11,709 nt of DNA from a virus. Of the stretch, positions 1 through 5,647 are shown piece by piece (position 1 is the stretch's first letter; the number at the start of each line of letters is the position of its first letter). A program made the position numbers and the translations under genes. Location: UHGV virus genome UHGV-0058547. One strand, written 5' to 3'. The notes beneath the pieces are model-generated. The model worked only from the letters and a program-made list of their open reading frames with translations. It was not told where the DNA came from and did no database searches.

Positions 1-699
1 ACCGGAGGAAGTAGGAACAGTAGCGGACTCACCACCACCGGACTCACCACCACCGGACTCACCACCGCCAGACTCACCACCACCATTTTGGGGGGTTGAG
101 GGTTTATCAGAGGGGTCAGCTACAGCACCTGTAGGCTTCCATGTTGCAGCGCAAACAGTACCATCACCCTGACAAACAATGACACCAGTAGCCTCATATT
201 CACAGCCGTTATAGTAGATATAGCGACCACCATCATATGAATCAACATTATTAAATACACCTTCTTCTGGCGGCTTCGCTTCACAAATTTCTTCTGGTGT
301 CGGGTCAGTAGGTTTTTCATCAGGAACAGAACGCTGAATATTACCAACAATATAAGCCGTTAAAGACCAATATTTATCCTTCTGCCCTGGTGAATCGCTG
401 TAAGTACAATCGCCAGTAAAAACAAGACGGAATTCAGAATCAGGCCAGATACCCTCATAAGTTGGTTTAATCCGAGTAAATACACTCTGAGCACTGGATT
501 TAGCACCCTGACAAGCGGAGGCCTGCATAGCAGCATCAATATAGTAAACCGTTATCTTAGAGCCATCCTGATTGGTTATTTGCTTACTTTCAGCATAGGC
601 AGAACTTTGATAAGTGGATTTAGTAATGCTTTCCCATGACTCAGCATGTGAAAAAGGAGAAATGAGGACAGCGGAAAGAATTAATATTTTCCTTCTCAT
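1..699 (-). CDS. gIII: Minor coat / adsorption protein g3p, N-terminal part (233 codons, runs off the window start)
   Basis: ATG at 699. My manual translation is open down to position 1 and begins [19 protein letters not shown]|ESWES... (signal peptide). Next comes a ~130-aa domain I cannot assign, then a Pro/Glu-rich linker. After that, [33 protein letters not shown] matches the M13 g3p N1 segment RYANYEGCLWNATGVVVCTGDETQCYGTWVPIG. A (GGGES)4 linker follows. This ORF is absent from the ORF track because it has no stop inside the window. Confidence 0.9.
   Translation of the reverse strand, partial: MRRKILILSAVLISPFSHAESWESITKSTYQSSAYAESKQITNQDGSKITVYYIDAAMQASACQGAKSSAQSVFTRIKPTYEGIWPDSEFRLVFTGDCTYSDSPGQKDKYWSLTAYIVGNIQRSVPDEKPTDPTPEEICEAKPPEEGVFNNVDSYDGGRYIYYNGCEYEATGVIVCQGDGTVCAATWKPTGAVADPSDKPSTPQNGGGESGGGESGGGESGGGESATVPTSSG
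25..84 (-). repeat. Four tandem 15-bp units (ggactcaccaccacc) encoding the (GGGES)4 linker of g3p
   Basis: Units at 25-39, 40-54, 55-69 (1 mismatch) and 70-84 (1 mismatch). They are in frame with gIII and are typical glycine-rich inter-domain linkers of Ff-type g3p. Confidence 0.9.
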
Positions 700-710
700 A
701 GTAACCCGCT

Positions 711-736
711 TTAATAAAGGGGCAACGAGTGCCCCT
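711..736 (-). terminator. Rho-independent terminator between gVIII and gIII
   Basis: The minus strand reads AGGGGCA-CTCGT-TGCCCCT followed by TTATTAAAG. The 7-bp GC-rich stem pairs 718-724 with 730-736. Ff has a strong terminator at the same position after gVIII. Confidence 0.7.
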
Positions 737-745
737 GAGTGAAAT

Positions 746-988
746 TCAAACCGCTTTTGAAGAGAATTTTTTGAAAATACGAATGGCAAGCCCAGCGCCA
801 ACCACAGCAACAACAACAGGCCATACTTTACCAATGAGATCATTTGCCTGAGTCAACAAAGCATCCATTGCCTGACCTGCATAATCAGTACCACCTGTAG
901 CGCCTTCAGCCGCAAAAGAACTTGCAGAAATAAAAAGCGCAGTTGAAGCCAGAGCAATTTTATATTTAACAGTAGACAGAATTTTCAT
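746..988 (-). CDS. gVIII: Major coat protein g8p precursor (80 aa)
   Basis: Signal peptide [26 protein letters not shown]|AEG. The mature part is acidic N-terminus, hydrophobic core [14 protein letters not shown] and basic C-terminus [11 protein letters not shown]. It is near-identical in layout to IKe g8p (...QANDLI..WPVV...FKKFSSKAV as recalled). Confidence 0.95.
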   Translation of the reverse strand: MKILSTVKYKIALASTALFISASSFAAEGATGGTDYAGQAMDALLTQANDLIGKVWPVVVAVVGAGLAIRIFKKFSSKAV

Positions 989-1007
989 AGGAATAACTCC
1001 ATTAAGG

Positions 1008-1103
1008 TTACATTAATCGGTCAGAAAATGATTTAAATGAACCGACCGCATAGAAAAGGGCAAAACCAAAGGTATAAGCCCCGAAGAAATAAACGATATA
1101 CAT
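1008..1103 (-). CDS. gIX: Minor coat protein g9p-like (31 aa, MYIVYFFGAYTFGFALFYAVGSFKSFSDRLM)
   Basis: Internal ATG at 1103 of the 74-aa track ORF. The product is a small hydrophobic protein in the Ff gIX position. Its C-terminus resembles M13 g9p ...ITYFTRLMETSS. Its start overlaps the gVII stop (TAATG). Confidence 0.7.
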   Translation of the reverse strand: MYIVYFFGAYTFGFALFYAVGSFKSFSDRLM

Positions 1104-1189
1104 TAACGAAAGACCCCCGCAGTAATCGCGCCGAGGCCAAAAGAAATAACGATGCCAGACGCTATCAAAATTTGAATAACATCGTCCAT
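1103..1189 (-). CDS. gVII: Minor coat protein g7p-like (28 aa, MDDVIQILIASGIVISFGLGAITAGVFR)
   Basis: Found by manual translation, since it is below the ORF-track size cut-off. The ATG at 1189 lies 2 nt after the upstream gene's stop. The C-terminus GLGAITAGVFR resembles M13 g7p ...ALGIIAGGQR. It occupies the Ff gVII position. Confidence 0.7.
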   Translation of the reverse strand: MDDVIQILIASGIVISFGLGAITAGVFR

Positions 1190-1191
1190 AT

Positions 1192-1509
1192 TTAACCTTT
1201 GATCTCTGCGATGCCACCATCGGAAGCAACATTATAAGTTACACCTTCCCTACCCTCCATTGACCACGCACGGACATAGACAGGAATTTGAACTAATTTC
1301 CCAATGAAAGCATTCGCCTGGTTCATTAGACCTGCGTTAACGAGAGCCTGAGAAACTCGAATAATAATTTGATCCTGCTTTGTACCACCAAAACCATCAG
1401 GTATTTCAAGGCCAATACCAATTTCATTATAATAGCCCTGACCATTAACTTTATTACGTTGGCGGGCTCCCAACATTTTACCCTTAACGAAAAGACCATA
1501 ATTAGACAT
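1192..1509 (-). CDS. 105-aa protein in the gV (ssDNA-binding protein) position; function inferred from synteny only
   Basis: It sits between gII and gVII exactly where Ff/IKe encode g5p. I see no convincing similarity to M13 or IKe g5p as remembered. It is packed tightly against its neighbours: the gII stop is at 1521 and the start here is at 1509. Confidence 0.6.
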   Translation of the reverse strand: MSNYGLFVKGKMLGARQRNKVNGQGYYNEIGIGLEIPDGFGGTKQDQIIIRVSQALVNAGLMNQANAFIGKLVQIPVYVRAWSMEGREGVTYNVASDGGIAEIKG

Positions 1510-1520
1510 ATTACTTTCCT

Positions 1521-1835
1521 TTAATGCCAGCTACTGGCGTGCGAAATACGGTTGTAATCGAAAATAAAACCTTTCTCATAAATCCATAAGGGGATTTCCG
1601 CTGGCTTGGCTTCCAGCGTTCTTATTAGCGGAACAACGTTATTAGAGTCTGGTGAATCACAATAGAAATTAATATCGATACCGAACGAAAGCAATTCTCT
1701 TCTATGGCGATAAAAAGTGTTATGAGGTAACATTTCTTTCATGTTAGCCCCTTGTTTCCAAAGTAAATAAGTTGACTGTATTTTTCTTGGCAGTTTCGTT
1801 ATTTTTTCATCACTTAAAATAGCATTCTGATTCAT
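1521..1835 (-). CDS. gX: g10p-like product from an in-frame internal start in gII (104 aa)
   Basis: The internal ATG at 1835 is preceded by GGGAGA 8 nt upstream. The product starts MNQNAILSDEKI, aligning with the M13 g10p start MNIYDDSAVLDAI. By analogy with Ff; expression not demonstrable from sequence. Confidence 0.55.
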   Translation of the reverse strand: MNQNAILSDEKITKLPRKIQSTYLLWKQGANMKEMLPHNTFYRHRRELLSFGIDINFYCDSPDSNNVVPLIRTLEAKPAEIPLWIYEKGFIFDYNRISHASSWH

Positions 1836-2573
1836 TTCTATTCTCCCTACATATTCAGAGAATAATTGACGTGGTGTTTTCATATTCCAGTTAGCGCCAA
1901 GCGTTAAATTTAAATCAATAAGCTCAGTTGTTCTTAATGTTAATTCAATACGTAATTTATCTTTCGTCCAGTCCAGTAACCCGGCTCGTACAAACTCTTC
2001 GGCTATCTGGTGCCCTTTTTTACCAGAAACGTGTTCATCATATTTTGAATAAAATTTCAGACTCCATCGACGGGAGTTTTTACCTAAATAAACTGTACCG
2101 CCTTTCCCACATGCGCGACCATGGCGTGTTTTAGCTTTAAATTCGGCGGCATAAAGCCATGATCTGACATTTTCCAGCGTAGATAATGAATACATGTAAT
2201 TAATGTCAATACGTGAAATTTTATACTGACCTGCCATAACGGCTTTATAAGACGCTAAATCATGAGGAATATTCAATAAGGATAAAATCCTGGCATAGAC
2301 CGTCAACATGAGCCCTTGTATATCATCCGACCCAACAACAGAATGCCCCTGCAGAAACTTGGAAGGATTACCATCAATGTACAAATGTGTCGCTTTACCT
2401 TCGCCATTAGATCCTATCGATCGTACTTTCATCGTTGCTTCATGCGAACCGCGAACAGTCAGTCGCTTAACGGTTTCCCACTCAATTGCACCGTCAGCAT
2501 CAACGCTGACAACACTCCCCGCCGGAAGCGGTTTGTGTGTGCAAGGGAAAATCCCGGTAAGCCAATCGATCAC
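1521..2573 (-). CDS. gII: Rolling-circle replication initiator g2p (nickase), ~350 aa
   Basis: Colinear matches to M13 g2p: PSKFLQGHSVVG vs PAKVLQGHNVFG; YKISRIDINY vs TTISRIDATF; C-terminal NNVVPLIR vs NNVVPLVR. I prefer the GTG at 2573 as start. It is preceded by GAGGA 7 nt upstream and gives MIDWLTG..., like M13 MIDMLV.... The track ORF extends to a GTG at 2615. Confidence 0.92.
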   Translation of the reverse strand: MIDWLTGIFPCTHKPLPAGSVVSVDADGAIEWETVKRLTVRGSHEATMKVRSIGSNGEGKATHLYIDGNPSKFLQGHSVVGSDDIQGLMLTVYARILSLLNIPHDLASYKAVMAGQYKISRIDINYMYSLSTLENVRSWLYAAEFKAKTRHGRACGKGGTVYLGKNSRRWSLKFYSKYDEHVSGKKGHQIAEEFVRAGLLDWTKDKLRIELTLRTTELIDLNLTLGANWNMKTPRQLFSEYVGRIEMNQNAILSDEKITKLPRKIQSTYLLWKQGANMKEMLPHNTFYRHRRELLSFGIDINFYCDSPDSNNVVPLIRTLEAKPAEIPLWIYEKGFIFDYNRISHASSWH

Positions 2574-2615
2574 GAATAAATCCTCAAAATTACAAAAATG
2601 ACGACTTACTAACAC

Positions 2616-2742
2616 ATGAGTTCAGTAGTTCATTAGTGTTTTAACATTACACCAGTGAGCTAGTGAGTTCAAGAGGATTGGATGATGTGAGTTCATGAGC
2701 ATGTATACTCACTTCAAATATTGCATTGAACGAGCGTAAAAA
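2616..2742. promoter_or_regulatory. Divergent control region between gII and the RHH regulator gene, with a GAGTTCA repeat array
   Basis: GAGTTCA occurs at 2618-2624, 2665-2671 and 2689-2695, with the variant TAGTTCA at 2626-2632. AGTGAG is duplicated at 2654-2659 and 2662-2667, and an inverted GTGAGT lies at 2707-2712. A minus-strand promoter candidate for gII is TTGAAC (2672-2667), a 15-nt spacer, then the extended -10 TGgTGTAAT (2654-2646). Its -35 overlaps one repeat. Confidence 0.55.
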
Positions 2743-2925
2743 ATGGCAAAGCGCACGACTTATAACGTGACGGAAGAAAGAAAAATGAAACTAGAACGAC
2801 TGGCTATAAATGCCAGTGTAAAACTAGGAAAAACAATTACATGGACAGAGATTTTAGGTTATCTGATTGATAACTACTCTAAAGATGCAGCAGAAGATCT
2901 CATGTCTGCCAAACAAAAGGATTAA
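2743..2925 (+). CDS. Small ribbon-helix-helix (CopG/Arc-like) transcriptional regulator, candidate phage repressor (60 aa)
   Basis: The N-terminus KRTTYNVTEERKMKLERLA fits a beta-strand then helix pattern, with a second helix at TWTEILGYLIDNY. It is transcribed divergently from gII across a repeat-bearing region. Confidence 0.65.
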   Translation: MAKRTTYNVTEERKMKLERLAINASVKLGKTITWTEILGYLIDNYSKDAAEDLMSAKQKD

Positions 2926-2942
2926 GTACCACGAATGGTACA

Positions 2943-2978
2943 AACGTGCAGTATTACCTACACTGCACGTTCTTTATT
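2943..2978 (+). terminator. Perfect 10-bp stem-loop after the RHH gene (possible terminator; see origin-like motif finding)
   Basis: AACGTGCAGT (2943-2952) pairs with ACTGCACGTT (2962-2971) across a 9-nt loop, followed by CTTTATT. A smaller hairpin GTACCA-cgaa-TGGTAC at 2926-2941 precedes it. Confidence 0.45.
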
Positions 2979-3013
2979 GTGCGGATTTTGAACAGCAACA
3001 AAGGATCAAAAGG

Positions 3014-3436
3014 ATGAGTAGAAATAACGAAACAAGCGGCGTTGAACTGGTTGTTGTAGGCGTATTTGCTTTCTGTCTGGCAGTTGTTGCCTGGCTAATG
3101 AAAACTTTCGATGTTGAATGGCAAACAGCACTGGAAACTGCGCCTGGCCTGATAGTCTGGCTGCTTGTTGTCGGTGCGGGGATCTTTTTCGGGATCAAAA
3201 TGGAAACTGGCCTTATTCGCTGGGGTGCTCCACTGGCGATCGCCCTTCTGATTCCGGTATTCAAGCCAATTCTTAAGGAAGCTGCCGGAGTTCGTGAAAC
3301 GGGTGGGCTGGTTTTCGATGATATGGTTTCGTGGTATGGAACTGGCTGGGGAATGTCTCTGATGTTCTTCGGGATTCTTATCGTCGGATACGGTCTGCTT
3401 TATTGGTGGCACAGAAGGAATTCATATTATTGGTGA
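3014..3436 (+). CDS. Small integral membrane protein, four predicted TM helices (140 aa), unknown function
   Basis: ATG at 3014, with AAGGA 8 nt upstream. The hydrophobic segments are VELVVVGVFAFCLAVVAWLM, GLIVWLLVVGAGIFFGI, WGAPLAIALLIPVF and GMSLMFFGILIVGYGLLYWW. The upstream extension of the track ORF overlaps the RHH gene and looks spurious. Confidence 0.75.
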   Translation: MSRNNETSGVELVVVGVFAFCLAVVAWLMKTFDVEWQTALETAPGLIVWLLVVGAGIFFGIKMETGLIRWGAPLAIALLIPVFKPILKEAAGVRETGGLVFDDMVSWYGTGWGMSLMFFGILIVGYGLLYWWHRRNSYYW

Positions 3437-3508
3437 ATGTCAATCACTTGAATTTACAGGTTTTTTATAATTTCAGCCCGCGCTAGTTTGATATTGTGAA
3501 AGGTGAAG

Positions 3509-4084
3509 ATGAGTATGCAACCGAATGAAGAAATGGACCTCAGGAAATTTTACGCAGAGGGAACAGCTGACTACTTAAAAACTAAAATCAAAAAAAGCGA
3601 ACGACTTTTAAAAATAAACCAATATCTATCATTTGCCCTCCCTGTCCTAGTTGGAGGATACGCATCGGTTGATCACAGCTCCAAATATTTTGATTTTTTA
3701 GTTTGGGGCACAGGGATATTATCAGTGATAGTCTTGCTTTCTAATTTATACACACTGGTCATGAAGACTGATGAAAATTTATCTCGATATCTGGAATCAT
3801 ACTCTTTCAATAAACTCCTAACTGATTTGTATGGCGAACTGTCGAGCATGTTTAAATCAAAGACAGGCAACCAGCAACCCGCTAACCATTTGTTTTCAGT
3901 GATAAAATCAAAAGATGACTTCAATGCCAAGGAAGATGAAAAATATGTTAGCAATAATGATAAGAAACGGATTATGTTCGACATTCTGGTAAAGAAAAAT
4001 AAAGAATGCGTACGTTGCAATAAAATACCGACTAAATTTAACAAGCGGAAAGGTTGCACAAATTGTGGCAATCTCGTGAAATAA
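3509..4084 (+). CDS. SLATT-like 2-TM protein with C-terminal CxxC-x12-CxxC zinc ribbon (~191 aa)
   Basis: An N-terminal amphipathic helix (YLKTKIKKSERLLKINQY) runs into two closely spaced TM helices (LSFALPVLVGGYASV and FLVWGTGILSVIVLLSNLYTLV). A soluble helical region follows, then CVRCNKIPTKFNKRKGCTNCG. The start is ambiguous: GTG 3503, ATG 3509, or ATG 3515. ATG 3515 has the best spacing to AAGGTG. Confidence 0.8.
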   Translation: MSMQPNEEMDLRKFYAEGTADYLKTKIKKSERLLKINQYLSFALPVLVGGYASVDHSSKYFDFLVWGTGILSVIVLLSNLYTLVMKTDENLSRYLESYSFNKLLTDLYGELSSMFKSKTGNQQPANHLFSVIKSKDDFNAKEDEKYVSNNDKKRIMFDILVKKNKECVRCNKIPTKFNKRKGCTNCGNLVK

Positions 4085-4095
4085 AGGAGAAACAA

Positions 4096-4287
4096 ATGAG
4101 TTATAAAGTAGATCAAGTCAAAGCTCTCTGGCTTCAATTGACTGATGCGGAGAAAAAAGAATTTACAACATATCTTTTTAATGGTGAAAAAAAATCCTTA
4201 CGTGAAGGATTCGAAAGTTTTAGTGTGAATAAAAGCACTACAATGCAATTTGGTGATGCAAACGTCTGCCCTGCTTGCGGAAAATAA
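4096..4287 (+). CDS. 63-aa protein with C-terminal CPACGK motif, partner of the preceding gene
   Basis: Strong SD AAGGAG 6 nt upstream of the ATG at 4096, and only 11 nt after the upstream stop. The sequence is MSYKVDQVKALWLQLTDAEKKEF...GDANVCPACGK. The track's upstream TTG/CTG-type extension is unlikely. Confidence 0.75.
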   Translation: MSYKVDQVKALWLQLTDAEKKEFTTYLFNGEKKSLREGFESFSVNKSTTMQFGDANVCPACGK

Positions 4288-4329
4288 AATCTAAAAGATT
4301 TTGGTTCGCACAATGACGTTATGCTAAAG

Positions 4330-4366
4330 AGGCCGCTGCGGGATTCGATTTTCGCAGCGGCCTTTT
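4330..4366 (+). terminator. Rho-independent terminator ending the plus-strand accessory operon
   Basis: An 11-bp perfect GC-rich stem, AGGCCGCTGCG (4330-4340) with CGCAGCGGCCT (4353-4363), has a 12-nt loop and is followed by TTTT. Confidence 0.8.
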
Positions 4367-4396
4367 CAACATAACGAGTCCTACATTATGCGCACC
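4364..4396 (-). other. dif-like Xer recombination site A (atypical 11-bp central region)
   Basis: The minus strand reads GGTGCGCATAA-TGTAGGACTCG-TTATGTTGAAA. E. coli dif is GGTGCGCATAA-TGTATA-TTATGTTAAAT. The XerC arm matches 11/11 and the XerD-like arm 9/11, but the spacer is 11 bp. Confidence 0.6.
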
Positions 4397-4555
4397 AACA
4401 TAAACCAAGGGAGAATCCAGTGATTTGTGGACATCCTTGTTCTCGCAGAATATGGATGTGCTGAGTCTGGTTGGTTCGCCTAACGGTTGAAATGTCTTGC
4501 GGCCTTCACTGGGCTTGTTGAGTGTTCTGAATGTTCGCTTCAGGAACTGATTCAA

Positions 4556-5647
4556 ATGAAACGATTAATACTTGCTGCGACTGTAATAAGTGCAAGCCTG
4601 CTGCCATTTACCTGTTCGGCAAATGCCGACTCACTGGGTATCAATAAAGACTGCGATAACCATCCTGTCAGCCAGTACGGCATGGACACCATTACCGCAT
4701 TCAGTCAGTACAAGACGGAATCGAAAAAATTTAAAGATGCACTGACTGCGTTCTGCAATAAAGGCAAAACCATGGGCGACATGGGATTTGAAGCTGCCAA
4801 TGCTCACTCTCTTGCTGAAGCAAGGAAATGGACTGACTCCAGTCTTCCGGGGGGAAATGAAGAGCAGAAAAAATTTTCAGCAGCCATGGGGAGCCTGCTT
4901 TACTATGCAATGCTGAATGGATTCTCTGGTTTTGACTATCCCAGGTCGCCCGAGCAAAAAGAAAAATCAGTAAGCACATTTAATCCAAATGAGATATGTG
5001 ATGACATATCATCTAAAGCAGCCAAATATTCAACCTCGAATCTCCCCCCTCAAGTACAGATTTCATTAGCTGAGTGGAATCAAATCAAAGGCGAGTTTCA
5101 GATGGTGTGTTTTGCGGGAGTTATGGCGGGTAACAATCGCCAGTCGGTTGACTCAAAAATATTGGCTGGAATGAATGATATAGGCCCAGAAGTGAATTTG
5201 AGTGCTTATCGTTCTGGTTCGGAATACCCAAAGCCTCGCAGCAAAAACAACACGGAAAAAATTGATGCTACAGCAAGGGAGAAAGCGGCTGCAAAGAAGA
5301 AAGCAGATGCAGCCAGAAAACAAAGTGCCACCAACAAAACAAAGCAGGCTGACGATTATAAATCCAGGAGTGTTCGCCTTGACTCCCCCGATTTTCAACG
5401 CTTTCAGTCTTCACTCAGAAATGAATTTATGCGGCGAATTGGTGATGCGAAGCGTTTTTCAGGAAAAGAATGTTCAATAAATGTCTGGATGTCACAGAAA
5501 GGTGAGGTTCTGTCAGCCAGGAAGGAATCCGGAGATGAAGAGCTTTGCTCTGTGGTATTGCAGGCATCGAAGGGAATGAGGCTTAGCCCTATGAGTAATG
5601 AAGTTTACGGAGTGTTCCGTAATCCATCCCTCAACTTTAAATTCTAG
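4556..5647 (+). CDS. Secreted protein with TolA domain II/III-like C-terminus (363 aa)
   Basis: ATG at 4556. The track ORF instead starts at an upstream TTG. Sec signal MKRLILAATVISASLLPFTCSANA|DS. There is a Lys/Ala-rich stretch REKAAAKKKADAARKQ. The C-terminus is GKECSINVWMSQKGEVLSARKESGDEELCSVVLQASKGMRLSPMSNEVYGVFRNPSLNFKF, compared with the E. coli TolA C-terminus GKTCTLRIKLAPDGMLLDIKPEGGDPALCQAALAAAKLAKIPKPPSQAVYEVFKNAPLDFKP as recalled. Confidence 0.85.
   Translation: MKRLILAATVISASLLPFTCSANADSLGINKDCDNHPVSQYGMDTITAFSQYKTESKKFKDALTAFCNKGKTMGDMGFEAANAHSLAEARKWTDSSLPGGNEEQKKFSAAMGSLLYYAMLNGFSGFDYPRSPEQKEKSVSTFNPNEICDDISSKAAKYSTSNLPPQVQISLAEWNQIKGEFQMVCFAGVMAGNNRQSVDSKILAGMNDIGPEVNLSAYRSGSEYPKPRSKNNTEKIDATAREKAAAKKKADAARKQSATNKTKQADDYKSRSVRLDSPDFQRFQSSLRNEFMRRIGDAKRFSGKECSINVWMSQKGEVLSARKESGDEELCSVVLQASKGMRLSPMSNEVYGVFRNPSLNFKF

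Noticed and set aside
25-84. Short tandem repeats at both window ends as a possible CRISPR or satellite array
   Set aside because: The units are contiguous with no spacers, are in frame, and encode the Gly/Ser/Glu linkers of g3p.
120-350. 76-aa minus-strand ORF inside the gIII N-terminal region
   Set aside because: It is out of frame with the clearly homologous g3p reading frame covering 1..699. It is an overlapping alternate-frame (+1) ORF within gIII.
1928-2601. Plus-strand ORFs (1928..2134, 2308..2601, 2316..2579) antisense to gII
   Set aside because: They lie entirely within the strongly supported gII coding region on the opposite strand. They have no SDs and unprotein-like composition.
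3448-3471. TTGAAT ... TATAAT promoter-like pair upstream of the SLATT-like gene
   Set aside because: The hexamers look good but are separated by only 12 nt, outside the functional 16-18 nt sigma-70 spacing. I did not call it.
2867-4555. N-terminal extensions and antisense ORFs: the 2867 start of the 189-aa ORF, 2974..3264(-), 3095..3412(-), 3673..4137(-), the 4054 start, and 4319..4555(-)
   Set aside because: The extensions use non-ATG starts, overlap upstream genes or terminators, and lack SDs. The antisense ORFs shadow better-supported plus-strand genes. 4319..4555(-) runs through the terminator hairpin and Xer site A.
4487-4555. TTG-initiated 23-aa extension of the TolA-like ORF
   Set aside because: The ATG at 4556 gives a canonical signal peptide directly, and AGGAA lies ~10 nt upstream. 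The extension would bury the signal sequence.
4731-5480. ORFs 4731..4979(-), 5153..5398(-) and 5202..5480(+) within the TolA-like gene
   Set aside because: These are alternate-frame or antisense shadows of a gene with clear homology support.
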